In this document: piece by piece, positions 28,354 through 38,334 of the stretch
How positions within the stretch are numbered: the first letter of the stretch is position 1
Layout of the letters: every line of letters starts with the position of its first letter
Assembly (NCBI GenBank): GCA_963819655.1
Contig: CAWFXA010000001.1
Span: forward strand, 588,481-652,480
Reading direction: 5' to 3'
DNA length: 64,000 nucleotides
Source of the DNA: an uncultured Chloroflexia bacterium
GTDB lineage: Bacteria; Chloroflexota; Limnocylindria; Limnocylindrales; CSP1-4
Translations under genes and position numbers: made by a program
Notes under the pieces: generated by a model
What the model saw: only the letters and a program-made list of their open reading frames with translations
Told to the model about the DNA's origin: nothing
Database searches by the model: none

Positions 28354-29310
28354 TCAGGCAGCCCGGGCCGAGCCGAGCAGGAAGAACCGGCCGGTCGTCG
28401 TGATCTCGATCCCGTCGAAGCCGGCCGTCGCGAGCGCCCCGGCGAGCTGATCCCGTGCGTGGAAGACCTTGACGATCGTGAACTCGCGACCGTCGTCGAG
28501 ACGACGCGCGGCGCGCTCATGCGCCGGTTCGGGATGATCGGCCGCGCCCGACGCTGGGTCCGCGAGCGAATCGATGAACGCGATCTGCGCGCCCGGCTTG
28601 AGCCAGCGCCGTCCCAGCGCCAGGAAGTCGGTGAGCCGCTCGGGCGGGACATGGCTGAGCCAGAAGCCCATGAACAGGCCGTCGACCGGCCGGTCCGGCT
28701 CTGCCCACGCGTCCCGGACATGGAGGTGGGCGCGCAGGCCGTGCGCGACCAGCCGCTCGCGCGCCCGATCGAGAGCCGTCGGAGACGCGTCGTACAGAGA
28801 CAGCTCGCCGCGCGATGCCAGGAGCGGCGACCACCAACCGGTCCCCGCGGCAAGATCGACGATCTCGCCGGCCCACGGCAGGGCGTCGAGCCAGCGACCC
28901 GCCGCGTCCAGCTCGGCATCCCAGGCCGCGTCGTGGATGGCGCCATGTGCGTACCGGCCGCGACGGAGGTACCAGTCGTCGTATTCCGGGGCGCGCGCCT
29001 CGTAGTAGTCCACCATCGCCTGGTCGAGGTTCGTGGCGGCCGGTGTGACGGGTCCCGGGGACGACGGCGCCGATGCTGCGACCGGCGCCTCCGCCACCGC
29101 AGTGACGGCCCCGGGCGCGGGTGTATCGGTCCGCGCCGCTGCCGAGCGTTCGCTCAGCGCCTGACGCAGCCGGAACCGGAGGAACTGGTTGTCGCCGGCC
29201 TTGCCGACGCAGGCGGGGCACAGGTGCGCCCAGCCCTCGAGATCGTCGGTCGAGCGTGTCTCATGGGCGGTGCCACACCACAGGCACGAGAAGGTCGTCC
29301 GGAAAGGCAC
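28354..29310 (-). CDS. Class I SAM-dependent methyltransferase with N-terminal CxxC-CxxC zinc ribbon
   Basis: CLWC..CPAC, linker, YYEARAPEYDDWY, VDLAAGTGWW, WLKPGA. Confidence 0.85.
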   Translation of the reverse strand: MPFRTTFSCLWCGTAHETRSTDDLEGWAHLCPACVGKAGDNQFLRFRLRQALSERSAAARTDTPAPGAVTAVAEAPVAASAPSSPGPVTPAATNLDQAMVDYYEARAPEYDDWYLRRGRYAHGAIHDAAWDAELDAAGRWLDALPWAGEIVDLAAGTGWWSPLLASRGELSLYDASPTALDRARERLVAHGLRAHLHVRDAWAEPDRPVDGLFMGFWLSHVPPERLTDFLALGRRWLKPGAQIAFIDSLADPASGAADHPEPAHERAARRLDDGREFTIVKVFHARDQLAGALATAGFDGIEITTTGRFFLLGSARAA

Positions 29311-30243
29311 CTAGTGCACCTCGACCGGCGACCAGCCGCCGGGCGGCGCGATGTTGACGAACGCAGCGGGATCCATGATCTCGGCCAGCATCTCGATGCC
29401 GTCGATGACGCGCGGCCCCGGCCGCGAGAAGTACGCCGAGCCATCGAGCGCGAAGACGGCGCCCCGCCGAGCCGCCGTCAGCTCCGCGACCCAGGGCGGG
29501 ACAGGCGTCCCGGTCCACTCGTGGATGGTCTCGGCGAGGTGGAACCCGCACGGCATGAGGAAGAGCATCTCGGGGTCGACCTCCGCGACGGCGTCCCACG
29601 TCGTCTCGTGCGCCTTGTCGCCGTCAGAGCCGAGCAGGTCCCAGCCGCCCGCTCGGCGGATCTGCTCGGGCACCCAATGACCGACGGCGAACGGCGGATC
29701 GAGCCACTCGAGTCCGACCACCCGCGGCGACTGCCGACCTTCCTCGCGTCGCGTCGCGACCCGCTGCTCGATGGCGCCGAGGCGCGCGCGCAACCCTTCG
29801 ACGAGGTCGATCGCCGCGTCCTCGACCTCGGCCATCGCGCCGACGGTCGTGATGGTGTGCAGGATCCCCTCGATCGATGTCGGCTCGAGCGACACGACAC
29901 TGATGTCGGCGTCGATCCGGCGGGCGACCTCGTTGACCTCGCGATAGCTGACCGCGCACACGTGGCACAGCTCCTGGGTCAGGATCAAGTCGGGTTCGAC
30001 CGCCGCGAGCGCCTCCTCATCGAGCTCGTATAGCGACGATCCGCCGTGCATCGACGCTGTGACGCGGGCGTGGATGTCGCGCGAGCCGATGGCGCTGAGG
30101 TCGTGGACGCTGCGCGTGACGACGGGCTTGCCGACGACACTCGGTGGCCAGTCGCACTCATGTGTGACGGCGACGAGCTCGTCCTCGAGCCCGATCGCGC
30201 AGACGATCTCGGTAGCCGACGGAAGAAGGGACGCGATGCGCAT
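29311..30243 (-). CDS. BtuF/FepB-like cobalamin/iron-siderophore-binding fold protein without signal peptide
   Basis: MRIASLLPSATEIV, VTHECDWP, PDLILTQELC, FSRPGPR. Confidence 0.85.
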   Translation of the reverse strand: MRIASLLPSATEIVCAIGLEDELVAVTHECDWPPSVVGKPVVTRSVHDLSAIGSRDIHARVTASMHGGSSLYELDEEALAAVEPDLILTQELCHVCAVSYREVNEVARRIDADISVVSLEPTSIEGILHTITTVGAMAEVEDAAIDLVEGLRARLGAIEQRVATRREEGRQSPRVVGLEWLDPPFAVGHWVPEQIRRAGGWDLLGSDGDKAHETTWDAVAEVDPEMLFLMPCGFHLAETIHEWTGTPVPPWVAELTAARRGAVFALDGSAYFSRPGPRVIDGIEMLAEIMDPAAFVNIAPPGGWSPVEVH

Positions 30244-30312
30244 CAGGACGGGTACCGGCACCCTCAGCGGAGAGTTGCTACTCGCTCCCCGAGGTCTGAG
30301 GCCGCGAGGCCA

Positions 30313-30603
30313 TCAGCCCGAGGGTTTTGCCGCGTCCACGGCGGCGCGGGCGGCGGCCTTGTCCGTGTACCAGGTGGCGTCCATGACGGTGTAGTTCGCC
30401 CACTCGGGCGGCAGCGACTCCTCGGGGAAGATCGCGTTCACAGGGCACTCGGGCTCGCACGCGCCGCAGTCGATGCACTCGTTCGGATCGATGAACAGCT
30501 TTCGATCCGTGCCTTCCTCGTAGTGGATGCAATCGACCGGACAGACCGACACGCACGAGATGTCGAGCACGTCGATGCACGGCTCGGCGATCACGTAGGT
30601 CAT
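30313..30603 (-). CDS. fdxA: Ferredoxin (7Fe, FdxA type)
   Basis: [39 protein letters not shown]; AGGAGG RBS. Confidence 0.92.
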   Translation of the reverse strand: MTYVIAEPCIDVLDISCVSVCPVDCIHYEEGTDRKLFIDPNECIDCGACEPECPVNAIFPEESLPPEWANYTVMDATWYTDKAAARAAVDAAKPSG

Positions 30604-30694
30604 CCGGTTCCTCCTGTGGGCTGCGCAAGGTCAGTGGCGGCCGCTCCGGGCGGAGCAAGAGCGTACCACCGTGCGTAGATCGGGAGAGGCGCGA

Positions 30695-31204
30695 TCAGTG
30701 GGCCGGCGTGGGGCCGACGAACCGCACCGGGATGTGCATGCCCTTTTCCCAATGGCCGGCGATGTGGCAGCCGACCACGAGCGGCTCCGACGTCAACGGC
30801 ACGGTCCAGGTCACGTCGAGACGCTGGCCGGACGCGACCACGATCCGCAGCCCCGCATGCTCAGGCGGCACGCTGACGGCAGGCGTCGGGCCGGGTGGCG
30901 GATCGGCGGCCGCGGCCTCGGCCACCTCCCACGCCTCCTGCACCCTCGCGTCGCCGATGATCGCCTCGTGGACGTCAAGGCCACCGTTGATCACGTGCAG
31001 GTTCACCGTCTCGCCGGGCACGAGATCGAGGGCCGACGGGTTGAACACGTAGTCGCGGGCGATGAGGTTCACATCACGCGGCGCGGCGCTGGTGCCTGGC
31101 ACGATCGGCGGGGTGCCCGCCGGCGCTCCAGGCCCGCACGCGGTCGCGGTCGCGGTCGCGGTCACGAAGGTCGCGATGAGCGCCCACGTTCGTCGGACTG
31201 GCAC
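30695..31204 (-). CDS. Cupredoxin (blue-copper) lipoprotein
   Basis: Signal ending TATAC; HEAIIG..CHIAGHWEKGM type-1 Cu ligands. Confidence 0.8.
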   Translation of the reverse strand: MPVRRTWALIATFVTATATATACGPGAPAGTPPIVPGTSAAPRDVNLIARDYVFNPSALDLVPGETVNLHVINGGLDVHEAIIGDARVQEAWEVAEAAAADPPPGPTPAVSVPPEHAGLRIVVASGQRLDVTWTVPLTSEPLVVGCHIAGHWEKGMHIPVRFVGPTPAH

Positions 31205-31330
31205 GGCGCGAGTCTATGGCCGACGGCGGCCGTGTCGCGCCTCGCGCCCACCCTTGACACGCCCAAGGCCGCGCCGCATCGTTCGCGCACCGTCACGCCA
31301 AGCTGAAACGCGCGTGGGGAGTGAGGGCGC

Positions 31331-32437
31331 TTGGCCATCCCGACCGAGATCCGTGACCCAGCGAACGCGGACGCCGGTCGAGTCATGCCCAAAGCCGCGT
31401 CGACTGCAACCGCCGTGCACCTGGATGCCGTCGAGAAGCACTATGGCAACGTCGTGGCGGTGGCCGGCATCGACCTCGACGTGCGCGATGGGGAGTTCTT
31501 CTCGATGCTGGGTCCATCCGGCTCGGGCAAGACGACGACCCTTCGGATGATCGCCGGCTTCGAGCAACCCACAGCCGGGCGCATCGAGCTGTACGGTCGC
31601 GACGTGACCGGCGTGCCGCCGTTCGATCGTGACGTCAACACGGTCTTCCAGGACTACGCGCTGTTCCCGCACCTGTCGGTGGGTGACAACGTCGCGTACG
31701 GCCTCATGGTCCGGAAGGTGCCCCGCAACGAGCGCACCGCCCGCGTGACCGACGCGCTTCGGATGGTCCGGCTCGAAGGCTTCGAGGGGCGCAAGCCTGC
31801 CCAGCTGTCGGGCGGCCAGCGACAGCGGGTCGCGCTCGCGCGCGCGCTGGTCAATCGACCGCGGGTGCTCCTGCTCGACGAGCCGCTCGGGGCGCTCGAC
31901 CTCAAGCTTCGCGAGGAGATGCAGATCGAGCTCAAGGCGATCCAGCAACAGGTCGGCATCACGTTCATCTATGTGACCCACGATCAGGAAGAGGCGCTCA
32001 CGATGAGCGACCGGCTGGCGGTGTTCAACGCCGGCAGGATCGAACAGCTCGGCTCCCCTGCCGATGTCTACGAGCGGCCCGCCACCAGGTTCGTGGCCGG
32101 CTTCGTCGGGACATCGAACCTGCTGACCGGCGATGTCGCCCAAACGATCCTCGGCCGCACCGGGACATTCACCATTAGGCCCGAGAAGATCCGGCTGGCC
32201 GCGGCCGACGCCGCTCCCGGGCCGGACGAGTCATCGGCGCTGGGCCGCATCGCGAGCGTCGTGTATCTCGGGCCTGATACCCGGTACATCGTCGAGCTGG
32301 AGGCCGGGGCCCGACTGGTCGTGACAGAGCAGAACCTGACGACCACGTCCACAGAGGTTCTCGAACAGCAAGGCAAGGCTGTCCGCCTGGTATGGAAGCG
32401 ACAGCACGAGCTCCCCATCGCGGATGGGGCGGATTGA
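31331..32437 (+). CDS. Polyamine ABC transporter ATP-binding subunit (PotA/YdcT-like)
   Basis: [45 protein letters not shown] tail. Confidence 0.92.
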   Translation: MAIPTEIRDPANADAGRVMPKAASTATAVHLDAVEKHYGNVVAVAGIDLDVRDGEFFSMLGPSGSGKTTTLRMIAGFEQPTAGRIELYGRDVTGVPPFDRDVNTVFQDYALFPHLSVGDNVAYGLMVRKVPRNERTARVTDALRMVRLEGFEGRKPAQLSGGQRQRVALARALVNRPRVLLLDEPLGALDLKLREEMQIELKAIQQQVGITFIYVTHDQEEALTMSDRLAVFNAGRIEQLGSPADVYERPATRFVAGFVGTSNLLTGDVAQTILGRTGTFTIRPEKIRLAAADAAPGPDESSALGRIASVVYLGPDTRYIVELEAGARLVVTEQNLTTTSTEVLEQQGKAVRLVWKRQHELPIADGAD

Positions 32438-32473
32438 CCGAGCCGTCGGATCGGCACGAGGAGGAGGACGAGC

Positions 32474-33718
32474 ATGCACCCACGGAAGATCTCGGTCGGG
32501 CTGGCGACGCTGGCTTTGATCGCAGCAGCATGTAGCGGCAGCGGAGGGACGAGCCCCTCGGCCGCGACGTCAGCGGCGCCGAGTGAGGCGGCGAGCGCCG
32601 TCCCCAGCGAGTCTGCCAGTGCTGGACCGGTCCTGCCGACCGAGGTCGGCGCGGGTGAAGGCCGGCTCGACCTTGCCGTATGGCCGTACTACGTGGTCGG
32701 CGGCACGGGCGGGGAGCAGGGCCTGGGGGCCGACTGGGTCACGCCGTTCGAGGAGCAGACCGGCTGCAAGGTCTATGCGAAGGTCTATGGAGGGTCGTCC
32801 GACGCGGTCGCCCTCATGCAGACCGGCGAGTATGACGGCGGCGCCTTCTCGGGCGACGCCACGCTGCGCCTCGTCGCCGGCGGTGACGTGGCGGCCGTGA
32901 ACACCGACCTCATCCCCAGCTACGAGGGCGTGTTCGACGGTCTCAAGGGCCAGAAGCACAACACCGTCGATGGGGTCGCCTACGGCGTCCCGCACGGCCG
33001 TGGAGCCAATCTGCTCATGTGGCGGACTGACGTCGTGCAGCCGGACCCGGATAGCTGGAGCGTCGTCTGGGAAGGCGGCAGCGCCTACACCGGCAAGATC
33101 TCCGCATATGACTACGAGATCTACATCGCGGATGCAGCCGTCTACCTGATGGCCACGAAGCCCGAGCTCGGGATCACGGACCCGTACTCCCTTGACGCCA
33201 CGCAGTTCCAGGCCGCGGTCGACCTGCTCAAGGAGCAACGGAAGAACATCACGACGTACTGGAGCGCGGTCCAGGCACAGGTCGATGCTTTCACCAACGG
33301 CGACATGGTCGCCTCGACCACGTGGCAGCTTCAATCGAATCTGCTGACGGCAGCCAAGGTGCCGGTGAAGTCGACCAAGCCAAAGGAAGGGAGCACGGGC
33401 TGGTCGGACACCTGGATGATCTCATCGACCGCCAAGCATCCGAACTGCATGTACATGTGGATGGACTACATCATCTCGCCCGTCGCGAACGCGACGGCGA
33501 CCGTGTTCTTCGGCGAGGCGCCGGTCAGTGAGGCGGGCTGCGCCGAAGCCGAGAAGCAGAGCGCGGGCCATTGCGACACCTTCCATGCGACCGACGAATC
33601 GTACTGGGAGGATGTCTACTACTGGAACACGCCGTCCAAGGAATGCATCGACGGCAGAGGCCCCATCTGCACGGACTTCGCGCAATGGACCCAGGCCTGG
33701 ACCGAGATCAAGGGCTAG
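32474..33718 (+). CDS. Polyamine ABC transporter substrate-binding lipoprotein (YdcS-like)
   Basis: Lipobox IAAAC; DWVTPFEEQTGC, SGDATLRL, PKEGSTGWSDTW. Confidence 0.9.
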   Translation: MHPRKISVGLATLALIAAACSGSGGTSPSAATSAAPSEAASAVPSESASAGPVLPTEVGAGEGRLDLAVWPYYVVGGTGGEQGLGADWVTPFEEQTGCKVYAKVYGGSSDAVALMQTGEYDGGAFSGDATLRLVAGGDVAAVNTDLIPSYEGVFDGLKGQKHNTVDGVAYGVPHGRGANLLMWRTDVVQPDPDSWSVVWEGGSAYTGKISAYDYEIYIADAAVYLMATKPELGITDPYSLDATQFQAAVDLLKEQRKNITTYWSAVQAQVDAFTNGDMVASTTWQLQSNLLTAAKVPVKSTKPKEGSTGWSDTWMISSTAKHPNCMYMWMDYIISPVANATATVFFGEAPVSEAGCAEAEKQSAGHCDTFHATDESYWEDVYYWNTPSKECIDGRGPICTDFAQWTQAWTEIKG

Positions 33719-33812
33719 GCGACGCGGCTTGGGGATCGCGGCATTCGGTCGTCGGTCCCCAAGCCGATCGGACGCAGACTCGACCAAGCGCACGACCGTG
33801 ACCGCACGCTAG

Positions 33813-34664
33813 ATGCGCGGATTCTGGCGCGCGCTGTACCGCTATCCGCGTGTCCAACTGGGCGCGCTCTTGGGCGCGCCCCTCGGCTGGCTCGTCATCG
33901 CCTATCTCGGGTCGCTGGCGCTGCTCTTCGTGTCGGCCTTCTGGACGATCGAGCCGTTCAGCGGCAAGGTCGTCACCGAGCCGTCCCTGGACAACTTCGG
34001 GACTTTGCTGGATGAACCCGTCTACCGGACGATCACAGTGCGAACGGTGGTCACTGCCGCGCTGGTCACCCTTACGGACATCATCCTCGCGTTCCCGATC
34101 GCCTACTACATGGCCAGGGTGGCGTCTCCCCGGACGCGGGGGATCCTGATCGTCTCGATCCTGCTCCCGCTCTGGTCCGGCTATCTCGTCAAGGCGTATG
34201 CCTGGCGGATCATCCTGAGCGAGGGTGGGATCCTCAACTGGATCCTCGGTCCGGTGGGCCTCAAGGGTCCCGGCTATGGCGACGTCGCCGTCTGGCTCGT
34301 CTTCTCGTACCTCTGGCTGCCGTACATGATCCTGCCGATCTACGCCGGGCTCGAGCGCATACCGAGCTCGCTGCTCGAGGCGTCCGCCGATCTGGGGGCC
34401 CGAAGTGCATACACGTTCAGGCGGGTCATCCTGCCGCTCGCACTGCCGGCGGTCGTGGCCGGCTCGATCTTCACGTTCTCGCTCACCCTCGGCGACTACA
34501 TCGTGCCGTCACTCATGTCGAGCAGCCAGTTCATCGGGAACGTCGTCTACAGCAACATCTCGGTCAACCAGCCACTGGCGGCGGCGTACGCCCTCGTCCC
34601 GGTCGCGATCATGATCATCTACCTCGCCGTCGCCCGGCGCCTTGGCGCGTTCGAGGCACTCTGA
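33813..34664 (+). CDS. Polyamine ABC transporter permease
   Basis: LLEASADLGA EAA loop, FSLTLGDY. Confidence 0.92.
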   Translation: MRGFWRALYRYPRVQLGALLGAPLGWLVIAYLGSLALLFVSAFWTIEPFSGKVVTEPSLDNFGTLLDEPVYRTITVRTVVTAALVTLTDIILAFPIAYYMARVASPRTRGILIVSILLPLWSGYLVKAYAWRIILSEGGILNWILGPVGLKGPGYGDVAVWLVFSYLWLPYMILPIYAGLERIPSSLLEASADLGARSAYTFRRVILPLALPAVVAGSIFTFSLTLGDYIVPSLMSSSQFIGNVVYSNISVNQPLAAAYALVPVAIMIIYLAVARRLGAFEAL

Positions 34665-34665
34665 G

Positions 34666-35472
34666 GTGAATTCACTCGGCTCGCGGATCGCGCTCCGGAT
34701 CGCCACCGCGATAACGCTCGCCTTCATCTACATCCCGATCGGCGTGATCGTCCTCTACTCGTTCAATGCCGGGCTGGTCCCGAGATGGCCTCCGGACGGA
34801 CTGACCATCGACTGGTACGTGAAGGCGCTCGACGACCAAGGAGTTCGATCGTCGTTGTTGACATCCCTGCAGGCGGCCGTCGGGGCGACGATCATCGCGC
34901 TCGTGCTGGGATCACTGCTGTCCTTCGCCGTTCATCGATTCCGCTTCTTCGGTCGGGACACGATCTCCTTCGTCGTCATCCTCCCGATCGCCCTTCCCGG
35001 CATCGTCACCGGGATCGCCCTCAACACCGCCTTCCGGACGATCGGTTTCGATCTCGGACTCATGACCATCATCATCGGCCACGCCACGTTCTGCATCGTG
35101 GTCGTCTACAACAACGTGATCGCGCGGCTACGCCGCACCGCACGATCGACCGAGGAGGCGTCGATGGATCTCGGCGGAGACACGGGACAGACCTTCCGTC
35201 ACGTGACCCTTCCAGCGATCGGAACCTCGCTCGTGGCCGGGTCCCTCCTGGCATTCGCACTGTCGTTCGACGAGATCATCGTGACCACGTTCACGTCAGG
35301 GGCGGGCACCCAGACACTGCCGATCTGGATCTTCAGCAACTACCAACGAACGGGTCAAGTGCCGTTGGTGAACGTCGCCGCCGTGATCGTCCTTGCCCTC
35401 TCGGTCATCCCGGTCTACCTCGCGCAGCTGGTGAGTGCGAGGGCCGGTGGCGTCGCCGGCGGACGGACCTGA
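34666..35472 (+). CDS. Polyamine ABC transporter permease
   Basis: EEASMDLG, FALSFDEII, TLPIWI. Confidence 0.92.
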   Translation: MNSLGSRIALRIATAITLAFIYIPIGVIVLYSFNAGLVPRWPPDGLTIDWYVKALDDQGVRSSLLTSLQAAVGATIIALVLGSLLSFAVHRFRFFGRDTISFVVILPIALPGIVTGIALNTAFRTIGFDLGLMTIIIGHATFCIVVVYNNVIARLRRTARSTEEASMDLGGDTGQTFRHVTLPAIGTSLVAGSLLAFALSFDEIIVTTFTSGAGTQTLPIWIFSNYQRTGQVPLVNVAAVIVLALSVIPVYLAQLVSARAGGVAGGRT

Positions 35473-35478
35473 CCGGCG

Positions 35479-35562
35479 TCACCAGCGACGCGCGAGGTCA
35501 CCCACGAGGGCGGCCACGACGGGCAGCAGGGCGACGAGGGACTGGCGGATGCGCTGAAACAT
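35479..35562 (-). CDS. 27-aa peptide MFQRIRQSLVALLPVVAALVGDLARRW
   Basis: Below ORF-track size; GGAGGT RBS 8 nt before ATG 35562; GC3-rich codons; C-terminal LVGDLARRW matches LVLEAARRW of 24194..24292. Confidence 0.8.
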   Translation of the reverse strand: MFQRIRQSLVALLPVVAALVGDLARRW

Positions 35563-35686
35563 GACGTTCGACCTCCGCCGGGTCCCGGACCGGCACGCTT
35601 GACGGCCGACCCCAGTCGAGGAGTGCCCGGTCGAACCCGCTGTCGCGAGTATCGCGATGGCCGCTTAGCTGCGACTTATCGCGCTG

Positions 35687-35857
35687 CTACATGGACGGCG
35701 TGTAGTCCGGGTCGAGGTAGGTCTGCGGATGGTCCTTGAACTCGAGCAGGCAGCCCTTGCCGCAGAACCAGTACGTCGTTCCTTCGTACTCGACGGACAG
35801 GACGGACGTCGTCGAATCCACCTCCATCCCGCACACGGGATCGATCTCGATGGCCAT
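35687..35857 (-). CDS. YHS domain protein
   Basis: DPVCGMEV..EYEGTTYWFCGKGC..F; AAGGAGG RBS. Confidence 0.88.
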   Translation of the reverse strand: MAIEIDPVCGMEVDSTTSVLSVEYEGTTYWFCGKGCLLEFKDHPQTYLDPDYTPSM

Positions 35858-35933
35858 CGGGCCTCCTTGCTGGTACTCCCCAGGAGTATACGAGCCAGTC
35901 CCTGCGCGTGCGTCCGAGCGGTACAGTCGGTCG

Positions 35934-36278
35934 ATGGCGACCGTCGATCCCGCCCAGATGCGCACCGCGCTCGATGCCGAGCGCAAGCGTCTGCTCGCCG
36001 AGCTCGGGGAGGCGATCCAGGCGCCAGGCCAGATGACGTATGGGTCGCAGGCCGCTGCGGCGAGTCAGGTCTTCGAACAGCAACGGGACCTGGCCCTGCG
36101 CGACCGCGCGGCGCAGCACCTGGAGCTGGTCGATGCGGCGCTCGCCCGGCTGGCCGACGGGTCGTTCGGGACATGCAGACGCTGTGGCGAGCCGATCGCC
36201 CCGGAGCGCCTCGAGGCGCTGCCGTGGGCGGCGCATTGCATCGGCTGCCAGAGCGCGCTCGACCAGGGGCGCCGGTGA
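35934..36278 (+). CDS. TraR/DksA C4-type zinc finger protein
   Basis: ALARLADGSFGTCRRCGEPIAPERLEALPWAAHCIGC. Confidence 0.88.
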   Translation: MATVDPAQMRTALDAERKRLLAELGEAIQAPGQMTYGSQAAAASQVFEQQRDLALRDRAAQHLELVDAALARLADGSFGTCRRCGEPIAPERLEALPWAAHCIGCQSALDQGRR

Positions 36279-37261
36279 TCGACCAGGACCTCGTCGAGCT
36301 CCCGGCGATCAGGGCGGCCGCAGCGCTCCTCCACCGTGTGGTGCTCCGGACACCTCTGATCCCCTTCGGATCGCCGAACGAGCGCGCGTTTCTCAAGGCG
36401 GAGAGCCTCCAGTCGATCGGGGCATTCAAGATCCGCGGCGCGTACGTCGCGATCGCCGCTCTCTCGCCCGAGGAGCGCAGCCGTGGCGTCATCACCTACT
36501 CGTCGGGTAACCACGCGCAGGGCGTCGCCCAGGCCGCTCGCTTGCTGGGCACGACGGCGGTCGTCGTCATGCCGGACGACGCGCCGGTGATCAAGCGCGA
36601 TCGGGTGGCGGCCGACGGCGCCGAGATCGTGACCGTCGGTCCCGCGTCCGACGAGCGCCAGGCGCGCGCCGAGGCGATCGCGGCCGAGCGCGGTCTGGCG
36701 ATCATCCCGCCGTTCGATGACGACCGGATCATCGCCGGCCAGGGCACGATCGGCCTGGAGATCGTCGAGGACCTGCCCACGACGCGTCTCGTGCTGGTGC
36801 CGGTCGGGGGCGGCGGGCTGGCGAGCGGTGTCGCGACGGCGATCAAGAGCCTGCGCCCGGACGTTCGGGTGGTCGGCGTCGAGCCCGAGCTCGCGGCCGA
36901 TGCCCGCGATTCGCTGGCGACCGGATCGATCGTCAGATGGTCGGCCGCCGACGTTGCGCAGACGATCGCCGACGGCACGCGGACCCAGGCACTCGGCGCC
37001 CGGACCTTTGCCCACCTGCGCGCGTACCTGGACGCGATCGTCACGGTCCGAGAGGCGGAGATCGCGGCCGGGGTCCGGCTGGCGGCGGAACGGTCGCGGC
37101 TGGTCGTGGAGCCATCGGGCGCGCTGACGATCGCCGCGCTCACGTTCCATCGCGCGGAGTTGGGCGGCGACGGTGGTGGGGACGTCGTGGCCGTCGCGAG
37201 CGGTGGCAACGTCGACCCGGTCGCGTACCGCGCCTACCTCGAGGCGCCGCTCCCGGGCTGA
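36275..37261 (+). CDS. PLP-dependent threonine/serine dehydratase (catabolic type, no regulatory domain)
   Basis: KAESLQSIGAFKIRGA, SSGNHAQG, VPVGGGGL, EPSGA, SGGN; GTGA overlap. Confidence 0.9.
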   Translation: MIDQDLVELPAIRAAAALLHRVVLRTPLIPFGSPNERAFLKAESLQSIGAFKIRGAYVAIAALSPEERSRGVITYSSGNHAQGVAQAARLLGTTAVVVMPDDAPVIKRDRVAADGAEIVTVGPASDERQARAEAIAAERGLAIIPPFDDDRIIAGQGTIGLEIVEDLPTTRLVLVPVGGGGLASGVATAIKSLRPDVRVVGVEPELAADARDSLATGSIVRWSAADVAQTIADGTRTQALGARTFAHLRAYLDAIVTVREAEIAAGVRLAAERSRLVVEPSGALTIAALTFHRAELGGDGGGDVVAVASGGNVDPVAYRAYLEAPLPG

Positions 37262-38334
37262 GGATCGAGGGCGCGCTCGTCCGCCTGGGCGTCGCCTCGC
37301 TCGAGCGCGAGGCGGTCGGCCAGACGGCCCTCGCGGATCCTGATCTCGGCCAGCTCTGCCGCCGCCCGACGGTCCTCGCGGGCGGCGTCCCGTCCCTCGG
37401 CCCGTGACCAGCCGACCAGGATCGCCATGGTCGCGGTCAGGAATACCAGGTCGCCGGCAACCCACATGAACGCCCCGGCCATCTGCTGGTCGGTCAGCGG
37501 CGTGGGGCCCCAGGCGCGCTGGACCGTCGCGTAGTGGGGATACAGCACGGTCTGTGCGTTCACGATGACGACGGCGAGCAGCGTGCTCTGCGTCATCTGC
37601 AGGAAGACGTACAGAGCACGGACAGGATGTGGCATCCGCCACGGTGCGGGGTCGAGCGCGACGGCCGGCCACCAGAACAGCAACGCCGCGGCGAGATAGA
37701 TGACGTGCTCGAGGTCGTGGACGAGCGGATCCTCGAGCGCCGCGTCGTACAGCGCCGAGAAGTGGCTCACCCACATGACCGCGGCGAAGATCAGCCAGGC
37801 CACGACCGGGAAGGCCAGGATGCGCGTGACCCGCGCATGGAGCAGCGGCAGGAGGACGCGCCGGCGGGTGCCCGGCGAGGCAACCCGGAGCAGCAGGGTG
37901 ATCGGCGCGGAGAGCGCGATGAGTGGCGCGGCGACGAGGGTCAGCAGAACGTGCTGGACCATGTGGATCGAGAACAGGCTCGTGTCGTATCGGTCGATCC
38001 CGGACAGCAGCGCGAAAGCCAGGGTGGCCATGCCCGCCACGAAGGCGATCGTGCGGGCGGGCGGGACCGGGTTGCCAGGGTGTGCCGCGTTCACCCGACC
38101 GACGGCCCATCGCCACCAGACCAAGGCGGCGATGATCGCGAGCGTCGGCAGCGGCTCGAACGTCCAGCCGAAGAGCAGTGTGGAGGCGTCGGGTGGTTCG
38201 AGAGGCGTCGGGCCGTGCGCCCCCGCCGGCGTCGCGATGACCGCGGTCGCCACCCCGGCGGTCAGGACCGCCAGCGCTCGGGATCGGCGGCTGTGACGGC
38301 GCGCGAAGACCGCTCGGTCGTGCATCCACGACAT
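37234..38334 (-). CDS. ctaG: Cytochrome c oxidase assembly factor (Caa3_CtaG family)
   Basis: LFSIHMVQHVLL, HDLEH, DQQMAGAFMW; start uncertain. Confidence 0.85.
   Translation of the reverse strand: MSWMHDRAVFARRHSRRSRALAVLTAGVATAVIATPAGAHGPTPLEPPDASTLLFGWTFEPLPTLAIIAALVWWRWAVGRVNAAHPGNPVPPARTIAFVAGMATLAFALLSGIDRYDTSLFSIHMVQHVLLTLVAAPLIALSAPITLLLRVASPGTRRRVLLPLLHARVTRILAFPVVAWLIFAAVMWVSHFSALYDAALEDPLVHDLEHVIYLAAALLFWWPAVALDPAPWRMPHPVRALYVFLQMTQSTLLAVVIVNAQTVLYPHYATVQRAWGPTPLTDQQMAGAFMWVAGDLVFLTATMAILVGWSRAEGRDAAREDRRAAAELAEIRIREGRLADRLALERGDAQADERALDPQPGSGASR

Noticed and set aside
27571-30033. 820-aa plus-strand ORF, and similar long ORFs at 54991..57303, 57891..60149, 36065..38329, 19613..21493
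   Set aside because: Antisense or off-frame shadows of well-supported genes, expected in high-GC DNA; no recognisable motifs
31141-31163. (CGGTCG)n hexamer repeat as a phase-variation tract
   Set aside because: Only about four in-frame units encoding TATATA in a signal peptide; length change would not shift frame
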